Below, one piece after another: positions 9,109-17,585 of a DNA stretch of 59,658 bases (the first letter of the stretch is position 1; each line of letters opens with the position of its first letter). Location of the stretch: the NCBI GenBank assembly GCA_016201135.1, contig JACQDK010000011.1, forward strand, positions 1 through 59,658. Direction: 5' to 3'. This DNA is from Actinomycetota bacterium (GTDB lineage Bacteria > Actinomycetota > UBA4738 > HRBIN12). The translations under genes and the position numbers were made by a program. The notes below the pieces were generated by a model that had not been told where the DNA came from, searched no databases, and was given only the letters and a program-made list of their open reading frames with translations.

Positions 9109-10446
9109 TTACCTCCCTCCCGGCCCCGGCTCCGCCGGCGCCGACTCATCTATCCGTTGCACCTTGAGCCGCAAGCCTTCCACAGCCAGGACCCGCACGT
9201 TCGCGTCCCTGGGCACGGCGCCCGTCTCTGACAGCGCGGTCCACTCCTCGCCCCCGACGCGCACGACGCCCTCGGGGTCCAGGGGGACCGTCACGACGCC
9301 TTTCGCGCCCAGGAGCCGCTCGGACGGAGTGGTCCTGGGCATCCGGCGCGCGGCGATCGCCGCCGTTACGACGGTACCGAAGAACCCGACCAGGGCGAGC
9401 GCCATCGCGCCGATCACCCATGGAGACACCCGTGCGTTGGGGACCGATGGGTTGAACAGCGTGAGTCCGCCAAGGACCAGCGTGACGACTCCACCGAGCG
9501 TGAACGCGCCGAGCCCTGGATGCTTCAGCTCGAGCAGGAAGAAGACCGCCGAGGCGAGCAGCAGCGTCACCCCCAGGAGCTGGACGGGCAGGACGCCGAA
9601 CGAGGCGAACGCGGCGACCAGCGACAGCACGCCGAGGATGCCCGGGATCGTCGCTCCCGGGTGGAGCACCTCGATCACGATGAGGCCGAGTCCCAGGTAG
9701 AAGAAGATGAACGCGAGGTCGGGGGTGAGCAGCGAATGCAGGATCCGGGCCCCCAGGCCCATGCGGGTCTCCCGGATCGTGGCCCCGGCGATGTTGATCG
9801 TGACGATCTTCCCGCCCCCCACCGCCACCTGCGTGCCCTCGACGTCTGCCAGGAGCGCCTCCGTGCTGGGAGCCACGAGGTCGATCACGTTGAGCTCGAG
9901 CGCCGTATCCGCAGGGACGCTCACGGAGTCGCGCACGGCCTGCTCCACCCAGTCCACGTTCCGCCCGCGGAGCTTCGCCAGGGCCTGGATGTAGGCCACG
10001 GCGTCGTTCGTCACCTTCTGCTGCTCTATCGCACCGGCCACGCCCACCGGGTGGGCGGCGCCGACCTCGGTCGCCGGCGCCATCGCGGCAACCGGGCAGG
10101 ACTCGAGGACGAACGTGCCCGCCGAGGCCGCCCTCGCCCCCGGCGGCGCCACGTAGCAGATCACCGGCACGTCGGCGTGCAGGATCGACCCCACGATCTC
10201 GCGCATCGAGGAGTCGAGCCCCCCGGGGGTGTCGATCGTGAGGAGCACCGCGGCAGCGCCGTCGTCCTGCGCCCGAGCGATCCCGTCCCGGATGTAGTTC
10301 GCGACGAAGGGGTCCACGACGCCGTCGAGCGAGAGGTGGGCGACCCAGGGTTCCTGCGCCCCGGCCGGCCCGGCGGCGAGGGCCAGCGCGCCGGCCGAGA
10401 GGCCCGCCGCGAGGATCAGCCGGGCGAGGTGACCAGGGTTGCGCAT
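9109..10446 (-). CDS. nfeD: NfeD family membrane-bound serine protease (long form)
   Basis: DTPGGL, ARAASAG, VGAAHPV, and a C-terminal OB fold (GVVRVGGEEWTA). Adjacent to the SPFH gene. Confidence 0.92.
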   Translation of the reverse strand: MRNPGHLARLILAAGLSAGALALAAGPAGAQEPWVAHLSLDGVVDPFVANYIRDGIARAQDDGAAAVLLTIDTPGGLDSSMREIVGSILHADVPVICYVAPPGARAASAGTFVLESCPVAAMAPATEVGAAHPVGVAGAIEQQKVTNDAVAYIQALAKLRGRNVDWVEQAVRDSVSVPADTALELNVIDLVAPSTEALLADVEGTQVAVGGGKIVTINIAGATIRETRMGLGARILHSLLTPDLAFIFFYLGLGLIVIEVLHPGATIPGILGVLSLVAAFASFGVLPVQLLGVTLLLASAVFFLLELKHPGLGAFTLGGVVTLVLGGLTLFNPSVPNARVSPWVIGAMALALVGFFGTVVTAAIAARRMPRTTPSERLLGAKGVVTVPLDPEGVVRVGGEEWTALSETGAVPRDANVRVLAVEGLRLKVQRIDESAPAEPGPGGR

Positions 10447-10464
10447 AGAAGCAACCTAGCACAG

Positions 10465-10499
10465 GGTGCCCCGGAACGGAAGTCGTCTTCCGGGGCACC
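10465..10499. repeat. Perfect 12-bp inverted repeat in the nfeD/sigma divergent spacer
   Basis: GGTGCCCCGGAA-N11-TTCCGGGGCACC. Confidence 0.75.
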
Positions 10500-10594
10500 G
10501 GCGTGCACGGAAGTTCGCGCGCGTGCCATCATCCCGAGAGGGGGTGTCGGCAAGCCGCGTCGAACGTCGCCTCCGTATATCCGAGGAGAACCTG

Positions 10595-11161
10595 GTGCAG
10601 ACCGAAGGTCCGCTCCTCCCACGGGAGGAACAACAGCTGATGGAACAACTCCTCGCCGGCAGCGACGACGCGGTTCGGACGCTCTATGCGCGCTTCGGAC
10701 GCCCCGTCTACACCCTCGGCATGCGCCTGCTCGGTACCCGCGAGGCCGCGGAGGAGCTCACCCAGGACGTCTTCCTCACGGCGTGGCGAAAGGCCGCGAG
10801 GTTCGACGCGGCTCGCGGGCGGCTGTCCACGTGGCTGATGACGATCGCCCACAACCTCGCGGTTGATCGCCTCCGGCGCGAGACCGGCGTGTCACGCCCG
10901 ACGCTCGTCCTGGTCGACGAGGTGCCCGACGCGCCCTCGGCCGGCGAAGAGGACGTCCTGATGGAGCGCGACGCGGCCCTGCGCGCACTGTCGTCTCTCA
11001 CCGAAGCCGAGCGGAGGCTCCTGGGCCGAGCGTACTTCCGCGGCCTGACCGCGCGGGAGATAGCGGAGGCGGACGGCATCCCGCTCGGCACCGTGAAGAC
11101 CCGCTTGCGCGCGGCGCTCATCAAGGTCCGCCGGGCGAACGAGGACAAGGGGCAGCAGTGA
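10595..11161 (+). CDS. ECF sigma-70 factor (SigK-like)
   Basis: AEELTQDVFLTAWR, FDAARG, WLMTIAHNLAVDRLR, IPLGTVKTR. GAGGAG SD before GTG 10595. Confidence 0.9.
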   Translation: MQTEGPLLPREEQQLMEQLLAGSDDAVRTLYARFGRPVYTLGMRLLGTREAAEELTQDVFLTAWRKAARFDAARGRLSTWLMTIAHNLAVDRLRRETGVSRPTLVLVDEVPDAPSAGEEDVLMERDAALRALSSLTEAERRLLGRAYFRGLTAREIAEADGIPLGTVKTRLRAALIKVRRANEDKGQQ

Positions 11162-11958
11162 ACTGCGTCGCCGTTCGGGACCGGCTGCCCGAGATGGCCG
11201 TCGACGCCGTGCCGGCCCGCGAGGCGCTCACGATCGACCGGCACCTCGCCTGGTGCGCGGCCTGCCGGAGGGAGGCCGAGGATCTCCGGCGGGCGGCGGC
11301 GCTGCTCCCGTACGCGCTCGCCCCGGTGACGCCGGCGCCCGACCTGGAGGAGCGCGTTGCCGCCCTGGTCGGCGAGAGGACCGGGAGGAGCCGGCTCGGC
11401 ACCCGACGGGCCCGCTCGGGCGCCGCGGCTGTGGTGGCCGCGATGGTGGCCACGGCCGCGCTCGGCTGGGGCTCGGTGATGGCCGGACGGGCCGACCGGA
11501 TGCACGATCAGGTGATGGCGGCGCAGGAGGCGCAGCACCAGGCGTACGACCGTTTCGCACGCCTCCTCCAGAGTGGAGAGTTCCAGGACCCCGCCAACGA
11601 CGTGTACCTCGGGACGCTGACCGGCTCGCCCGGGAGCTCCGCCGGCGGCGCCGCGCTCACGCTCACGTCACCGTCCTCGCCGGACTTCGCGGTCGTGAGC
11701 GTGAACGGCCTCCCGACCGGGCCGCCCGACTCGATGCCGTACGTGGTCACCCTGGAGACGGCGCCGAGGGGACCCGGCTCGAGCGTGGTGGTGGGCAAGA
11801 TCGCCGAGCTCGACAGCGGCGGTGCCGCGAGGGTGGGGCGCGACTTCAACCGCGATCTCACCGGCCTCACGCGCGTGGTCGTGCGCGACGCGACCGGGAA
11901 CGTGCTCCTCAGCGGCGAGCTGGACCTCTACGCCGCGGTGACCTCGCCCTCGCCGTAG
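11158..11958 (+). CDS. Anti-sigma factor (ZAS/zf-HC2, one TM, RskA-like C-terminus)
   Basis: HLAWCAAC motif, single TM helix, GTGA overlap with the sigma gene. Confidence 0.85.
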   Translation: MNCVAVRDRLPEMAVDAVPAREALTIDRHLAWCAACRREAEDLRRAAALLPYALAPVTPAPDLEERVAALVGERTGRSRLGTRRARSGAAAVVAAMVATAALGWGSVMAGRADRMHDQVMAAQEAQHQAYDRFARLLQSGEFQDPANDVYLGTLTGSPGSSAGGAALTLTSPSSPDFAVVSVNGLPTGPPDSMPYVVTLETAPRGPGSSVVVGKIAELDSGGAARVGRDFNRDLTGLTRVVVRDATGNVLLSGELDLYAAVTSPSP

Positions 11959-11998
11959 GGCGCAGGCGGGTTTCTGCTCGGCGCACTATCATGCGGGC

Positions 11999-13348
11999 AT
12001 GCCCGACCTGACGGACCTAGTCGGCATCGGCCTCGCGGGCGGTCAGGGGGTCAGGGCTCGGCCGCTCACTCTGAAGGCGCCGGGCTACCTCCGCTCGAAG
12101 GCGGCGATGTCGTTCCTGGGCCGGCGGCTGATCCGCTGGGTGCTCCAGATCCTCACGAGCGAGGGGATCAAGGACTACTACATCATCGCCCACGGCAAGG
12201 AGAACCGCTACCAGATCAAGGTGATGATCGGGTACGGCGAGGGGTTCGGCGTCGACGTGAAGTACTCGCCGGTGAAGTACGACGCCCTGTCCTCCGGGAG
12301 CGCGGATTCCACCCTCCGGATGATGGAGTACTGGGACATCACGCAGCCGGCGCTCGTGTTCCCGACCGACTCGATCATCGACTTCGACCTGGAGCCGATG
12401 CTGCGGGCCCACGAGGAGACAGGGGCGATCGTGACGATCGCGGCGATGCTCCGCGAGCCCGACGAGGTTGCCGAGAAGTACGGCCTGATGCTGGCCGACG
12501 AGAAGGGCCGCGTCCAGGAGTTCGTGGAGAAGCCCACCCTCGCCGAGCTCCGCGAGCACTTCCAGGTCAAGAGGGACGAGGACTTCCGTCGTCTTCCCCT
12601 CATGACCAACGCGGGCTTCTACATCGTCCAGACGAAGTGGCTGCGCGAGCTCGCGTCGCATCCGGAGCTCGCAGCCCTCCGCGAGAAACGCCTGGACTTC
12701 GGCAAGGACCTCCTGCCCTGGCTGGTGGGCAACGGCTTCCCGGTCCACGTGCACCCGGTGCGCCGGATCGGGGACCTGGGCAACGTGCGCGACTACATCG
12801 ACACGATGGTGGATGTGCTGAACGGGAACTTCACGGCGGTCGACCGCCTGCTCGGGCCGCCCTTCGATCCGGAGCGGAACGTGTGGATCGCTCCCGAGAG
12901 CCTCTCGATGCGCGACGACCTCACCGGAACCACACTCGCCGAGAAGATCGGCGACGGCAGCGTTCAGATCGGGCCGGGCGTGCGGATAGGCCGGTTCTGC
13001 GAGATCGGGCCAGGCGTCACCATCACGGAGTCGAACCTGGACGACGACGTGGAGGTTCGCCAGGGGGCAAGGATCGCGCGGTCGCAGATTCGCGACGGGG
13101 CGATAGTGGGCGCGAGTGCGATGCTCTCCGAGGTCGTCGTGGGGTCGATGACCGAGATCCGGTCCGACCCCGACCTTCCGACGCTGATCGAGGACTGCGT
13201 GGCGCTCGGCGACGAGGTGACGGTAAATCCAGGCGTACATCTGGCGCACGACATCTCCGTGTACCCGCGCCTGAAGGTGCCGGCCGGCATCCACGTGCCG
13301 CCTCACGCCGAGGTGACCGGACCGGCCGACGTGCTGCGATACCTCTGA
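11999..13348 (+). CDS. NDP-sugar pyrophosphorylase (GlgC/mannose-1-P guanylyltransferase-like) with left-handed beta-helix tail
   Basis: LAGGQGVRARPLT, FVEKP, DFGKDLLP, DLGN, hexapeptide repeats. Confidence 0.85.
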   Translation: MPDLTDLVGIGLAGGQGVRARPLTLKAPGYLRSKAAMSFLGRRLIRWVLQILTSEGIKDYYIIAHGKENRYQIKVMIGYGEGFGVDVKYSPVKYDALSSGSADSTLRMMEYWDITQPALVFPTDSIIDFDLEPMLRAHEETGAIVTIAAMLREPDEVAEKYGLMLADEKGRVQEFVEKPTLAELREHFQVKRDEDFRRLPLMTNAGFYIVQTKWLRELASHPELAALREKRLDFGKDLLPWLVGNGFPVHVHPVRRIGDLGNVRDYIDTMVDVLNGNFTAVDRLLGPPFDPERNVWIAPESLSMRDDLTGTTLAEKIGDGSVQIGPGVRIGRFCEIGPGVTITESNLDDDVEVRQGARIARSQIRDGAIVGASAMLSEVVVGSMTEIRSDPDLPTLIEDCVALGDEVTVNPGVHLAHDISVYPRLKVPAGIHVPPHAEVTGPADVLRYL

Positions 13349-14358
13349 TGCGGTTCGGCCTGGCGCTTCCGCACTACGACTTCTCGCTCCCGGACGGTGA
13401 GCCCATCTCGTTCCGCGCGATGGCCGAGCGCGCACAGGAGGCGGAGAGGATCGGGTTCGACTCCGTCTGGATCTCCGACCATTTCTTCTACTCGTTCGCC
13501 CGGTACGGAGCCTCGCCTGCTCCGCTCGGGTCGCTCGAGCCGATGACCGCGCTCGCGGGCGTCGCGGCGCTCACCGAGCGGATCCGCATCGGCACGCTGG
13601 TCCTGTGTGCGCCTTTCCGTCACCCCGCGCTCGTGGCGAAGATGGCGGCGACGATCGACAGGATCTCCGGCGGCCGGCTCGACCTCGGCGTGGGTGCAGG
13701 CTGGTTCGAGGAGGAGTTCGTCGCGTTCGGGTACGGGTTCGGGAGCGTGGGTGAGCGGTTCGCCCGGCTCGAGTCGACGCTTCGCGTGCTGACGGCGTCG
13801 TTCGAGGACGCGCCCGCCACGCTCGACGCGGAGAGCGTACGTGTGCGGGGCGCGCGGCTCCAGCCGGCGCCCGTGCAGGAGCCGCGCCCGCCGGTCTGGC
13901 TCGGAGCCAAGGGGGGCGACCGGTCGCTCCGTCTGGCGGCGCGGCACGCGGACGGGTGGAACACCGTGTGGCGATGGAGCCCGGAGGCGTACGCGGGGCG
14001 CGTCGCCGCCGCTCGCGCTGCGTGCGAGGCGGAAGGTCGCGACCCCGGCTCACTCAGGTTGTCCGTGGGGCTCTACTCGCTGGTGACCGAGGACGAGCGG
14101 GATCTTCGCCCGCTCTTCGAGTCTGCGCGCGAAGGGTTCCCGGGCGACGCGATGCGGAGCGAGACGCTGGACGCATGGCTCCGGGACACCCTGTCCGGAA
14201 CGCCCGAGAGGGTGATCGAACGTGTTCGCGAGTTCGAGGCGCTCGGCGTCGAGGAGATCGTGATCTCGCCGTGGGTGCTGCCGTTCGCAGTTCCCAAGCC
14301 CGAGATGCTCCGCGTGTTCTCCGAAGCGGTGATCGTCCCGCTGCGCGGAACGGGCTGA
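13348..14358 (+). CDS. LLM class flavin-dependent (possibly F420-dependent) oxidoreductase
   Basis: GFDSVWISDHF, RIRIGTLV, RHPALVAKMAATIDRISGGRLDLGVGAGW. TGATG overlap. Confidence 0.92.
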   Translation: MRFGLALPHYDFSLPDGEPISFRAMAERAQEAERIGFDSVWISDHFFYSFARYGASPAPLGSLEPMTALAGVAALTERIRIGTLVLCAPFRHPALVAKMAATIDRISGGRLDLGVGAGWFEEEFVAFGYGFGSVGERFARLESTLRVLTASFEDAPATLDAESVRVRGARLQPAPVQEPRPPVWLGAKGGDRSLRLAARHADGWNTVWRWSPEAYAGRVAAARAACEAEGRDPGSLRLSVGLYSLVTEDERDLRPLFESAREGFPGDAMRSETLDAWLRDTLSGTPERVIERVREFEALGVEEIVISPWVLPFAVPKPEMLRVFSEAVIVPLRGTG

Positions 14359-14363
14359 GGCCG

Positions 14364-14579
14364 ATGGAAGCACGCGAGGCGGTGCTCACGATCCTCCGCG
14401 AGCAGAACGAGCCGATGCACTGGACGAAGATCCAGGACCTGGCTCTGCGGCGTGGCTATCTAGATCCGTTCGAGACGCGCGACGTGCGCGGCGCCGTGTT
14501 GAAGGCGCTCGCGCACGTCGCGCGCTCGGGCGAGGTCGTGAGGCGCGGGAAGGGCGTGTACGCCCTCCCGGAGCCCTAG
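14364..14579 (+). CDS. Small winged-helix protein (HARE-HTH-like)
   Basis: AVLTILREQNEPMHWTKI...GEVVRRGKGVYAL pattern. Confidence 0.7.
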   Translation: MEAREAVLTILREQNEPMHWTKIQDLALRRGYLDPFETRDVRGAVLKALAHVARSGEVVRRGKGVYALPEP

Positions 14580-14851
14580 GCCTTCTTGCGAGCCGTTGCC
14601 CTCTTGCGAGCCGTTGCCTTCTTGCGTGGACGTCCGCGCCGCTTGGCCGTCGCGGGCTTGCGCGCGGCCTCGACCGCGCCCACGACCGCCTTGCGACGGC
14701 CCGGCCTCGGCTTGCGAGAGCCGGAGGTCAGCTCGGAGACGTGCGCAGCGCACAGGTCCTTGACGAAGTTCCCGCGGCCCACGCGGATGGTCACCGTCTC
14801 CGCCGCGGGCCTGCCACACGCGTCGCAAACGAGGATCGTTCTCTCAGCCAT
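14576..14851 (-). CDS. Lsr2-like nucleoid-associated protein with CxxC/CxxH ligands and a basic AT-hook tail
   Basis: The N-terminus follows the Lsr2 dimerisation pattern (ETV...G...DL). KRRGRPRKK and K(K/R)ATAR repeats. GAAAGGAAC SD-like sequence upstream. Confidence 0.7.
   Translation of the reverse strand: MAERTILVCDACGRPAAETVTIRVGRGNFVKDLCAAHVSELTSGSRKPRPGRRKAVVGAVEAARKPATAKRRGRPRKKATARKRATARKKA
14583..14626 (-). repeat. 18-bp tandem repeat (about 2.4 copies) encoding RKKATA/RKRATA
   Basis: (T/C)TCTTGCGAGCCGTTGCC twice, then TTCTTGCG. Confidence 0.85.
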
Positions 14852-14909
14852 ACCTGTTCCTTTCGTCCCTGGTCTGAACGGATTCTACGCAGAACCGGCC
14901 GGTTTCGTC

Positions 14910-15902
14910 TCAACGTCGGTATTCGATCCGCGAGAACCGCTCGAGCTTCTCGAAGCGATGCTCCGCTTCCACCCAACGGAGGGTTCCGGAGCGCGATCGC
15001 ATCACCATCGAATACGTCGTGGCGCCGTCGGGCCAGTAGCGAACGCCGCGCAGCAGGTATCCGTCCGTGATCCCGGTCGCCGCGAAGAAGACGTCGTCGC
15101 CCTTCACGAGGTCCTCGGTCGATAGGATCGCGTCGGGATCGAGGCCCTGGCCGATCAGCTGTTGCCGCTCGTCGTCGGACCTGGGCGCGAGGCGGCCCTG
15201 GATCGCTCCTCCCAGGCACTTCAGGGCCGCCGCCGCGATCACGCCCTCGGGCGTGCCGCCCGTCCCCATCAGCATGTCTACCTCGGTGCGCGGCGCGGCG
15301 GCCGTGATCGCGCCGGCCACGTCGCCGTCGGTGATCAGGAACACGCGCGCCCCGACCCCGCGCACCGCCGCGATCAGCTCCTCATGGCGGGGCCTGTCGA
15401 GGATCGTCACGGTGATCTCCTCGGGGCGGAGGCCCTTGGCCTTCGCGACCCGGCGGACGTTCTCGTCCGGCGGCGCGTCGATGTCGATCACGTGGGCCGC
15501 CTCGGGGCCGGTCACGATCTTCTCCATGTAGAAGGCCGCACCGGGGAAGAACATCGCGCCGCGGGCCGACAGGGCGATCACGGCCAGGGCGTTGGGCTGG
15601 CCCACGCTGGTGAGTCGGGTCCCGTCGATCGGGTCGACCGCGACGTCGACGCCGGGGCCGTCGCCGTTGCCGACCTCCTCGCCGTTGAAGAGCATGGGCG
15701 CCTCGTCCTTCTCGCCCTCGCCGATCACCACCGTTCCGTGCATCGAGACGGAGTCGATCATCAGCCGCATCGCGTCGACCGCGGCGGCGTCGGCGGCGAT
15801 CTTGTCACCCCGGCCGATCCAACGGCCCGACGCGAGGGCGGCGGCCTCGGTCACGCGTACGAGCTCCATGGCTAGGTTGCGATCGGGGCGTTCGTTGCTC
15901 AC
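14910..15902 (-). CDS. glpX: Class II fructose-1,6-bisphosphatase
   Basis: [52 protein letters not shown]. Confidence 0.96.
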   Translation of the reverse strand: MSNERPDRNLAMELVRVTEAAALASGRWIGRGDKIAADAAAVDAMRLMIDSVSMHGTVVIGEGEKDEAPMLFNGEEVGNGDGPGVDVAVDPIDGTRLTSVGQPNALAVIALSARGAMFFPGAAFYMEKIVTGPEAAHVIDIDAPPDENVRRVAKAKGLRPEEITVTILDRPRHEELIAAVRGVGARVFLITDGDVAGAITAAAPRTEVDMLMGTGGTPEGVIAAAALKCLGGAIQGRLAPRSDDERQQLIGQGLDPDAILSTEDLVKGDDVFFAATGITDGYLLRGVRYWPDGATTYSMVMRSRSGTLRWVEAEHRFEKLERFSRIEYRR

Positions 15903-15954
15903 GGCTCGGTCCTCCCGGCGTCGGTGGACGGCCGCTCGGCGGCCGCCGGCAATC

Positions 15955-16965
15955 CTACGTCGCCGGCGTCCGGCCGGCCCGGGCGCGGAGCAGGCCGTGA
16001 TCGAGGTACCACCGGATAGTCCGGTCAAGCGTCTCCTCGATCGGCGTGTATCGAAGGTCGAGATCCCGTTCGGCTCTGGAGCCGTCGTAACGGTGGCCGT
16101 GCAGGAGCGTCCGCGCCAGCTCGCCGCAGAAAGGGAGGTCTCTTCCGGCCGCGCGCGACAAAGGGCCGGCGATCGCGCCGGCGAGCGACACGACGGCGCG
16201 GGGAACGGGGACGGCCCGGCCGCGCCGTCCGGTCGCTCGCCGGATCAGCTCGTCGAGGTCGCGCGCGGGCAGCGACGAGCCGCAGAGCAGGTACCGTTCG
16301 CCCGGCACGCCTTTCTCGGCCGCCCGGACGTGCCCTTCAGCGCAGTCCTGCACGTCCACGAGCGACACCTGCGTGTGCACGATCGCGGGCATCCGGCCGC
16401 GGGCCGCGGCGAGCATCAGCCTGCCGGTGCCGCCGGTCCGGCCTGGGCCCTGCACCGACGCGGGGTTCAGCGCGACCATCTCGAGCCCGAGCTCGCTCGA
16501 GGCCTCGAACGCCCGCAGCTCCCCGAGGTGCTTCGAGCGTTCATAGTGGGAGAGGAACCGGCCTCGATGGGGCGAGTCCTCGCGCCCGATCGTGCCGGTC
16601 ACCTCGCCGATCGCGGCCGCGGACGACGTGACCACCAGGCGCTCGACCCCCGCCCGCGCGGCCGCCCGCGCGGCATTCTCGGCGCCTGCGACGTTCACCC
16701 GGTACATCTCGGAGGGGTCGCGGCGGCACATGGCGTTCACCCCTGCCACGTGAAAGGCGATCGAGCATCCCCGCATCGCCTCGGTCATGGCCGCCGGGTC
16801 CAGGACGTCTCCGGGAACCGGTCGCGCGCCGGCCGCCTCGAGCGCGGCGGCGGAACCGGCCGAACGGGCCAGCGCCCGAACCTGCAGGCCGCCGGCGAGC
16901 AGCCGCCGGAGCAACGCCCCGCCGACGAAGCCCGACCCGCCCGTGACGAGGACCGGGCCCCGCAC
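15955..16965 (-). CDS. NAD-dependent epimerase/dehydratase (dihydroflavonol reductase/HpnA-like)
   Basis: TGGSGFVG, YxxSK (YERSK), NPASVQGPG. Confidence 0.88.
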   Translation of the reverse strand: MRGPVLVTGGSGFVGGALLRRLLAGGLQVRALARSAGSAAALEAAGARPVPGDVLDPAAMTEAMRGCSIAFHVAGVNAMCRRDPSEMYRVNVAGAENAARAAARAGVERLVVTSSAAAIGEVTGTIGREDSPHRGRFLSHYERSKHLGELRAFEASSELGLEMVALNPASVQGPGRTGGTGRLMLAAARGRMPAIVHTQVSLVDVQDCAEGHVRAAEKGVPGERYLLCGSSLPARDLDELIRRATGRRGRAVPVPRAVVSLAGAIAGPLSRAAGRDLPFCGELARTLLHGHRYDGSRAERDLDLRYTPIEETLDRTIRWYLDHGLLRARAGRTPAT

Positions 16966-16968
16966 CCG

Positions 16969-17565
16969 CTACCGCCGATCTGGGCCGGGCGAGAAGACGC
17001 TCGAGAACCGAGCCAGATACTCGACCGCCGAGGCCACGGTCAGCGCGGCCGCGGCGAGCATCGCGTACTCGTCGATGTGGAGGGGGCCGACACGGCTCGA
17101 GGTCCGGACGATCGCCAGGAATATCGCCAGGAACTGGACGTTCGCCTTGAGCTTCCCCCAGATCGAGGGCGCCATCACGGCGCCGCCCGCCGCGATGGCG
17201 CCCCGCAGCCCCAGGATCAGGAGCTCGCGCCAGACGATGACGAACGCGATCCACGCAGACGCGCGGCCCACGGCGACGAGCGCGAGCAGGGCGCCCGTGA
17301 CGAGGAGCTTGTCGGCCGTGGTGTCGAGGAAGCTCCCGAGCGTCGACGTCTTCCGCCAACGCCTGGCCAGGAACCCGTCGAAGAAGTCGGTCAACGCAGC
17401 GAACAGGAAGAGGGCCCCTCCGATCGCATACGCGTAGCGCGTGCGGTCGCCGAGAAGGACCAGGGCCATCACGACCGGCACCAGCACGATGCGGAGGTAC
17501 GTGACACCGGCCAGGAATCGGGCGGCGCGTTCGTCGGGCGTGCTCACGAGACGGTCGAAAGTCAT
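16969..17565 (-). CDS. pgsA: CDP-diacylglycerol--glycerol-3-phosphate 3-phosphatidyltransferase
   Basis: TDFFDGFLARR...GSFLDTTADK CDP-alcohol motif and GKLK. Confidence 0.85.
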   Translation of the reverse strand: MTFDRLVSTPDERAARFLAGVTYLRIVLVPVVMALVLLGDRTRYAYAIGGALFLFAALTDFFDGFLARRWRKTSTLGSFLDTTADKLLVTGALLALVAVGRASAWIAFVIVWRELLILGLRGAIAAGGAVMAPSIWGKLKANVQFLAIFLAIVRTSSRVGPLHIDEYAMLAAAALTVASAVEYLARFSSVFSPGPDRR

Positions 17566-17585
17566 CGTACAGTGCCCCTCCGCAG

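Noticed and set aside
14882-14913. Full -35/-10 promoter (TTGAGA...TAGAAT, minus strand) for the Lsr2-like gene
   Set aside because: The spacer is 20 nt, too long; only the -10 element is plausible.
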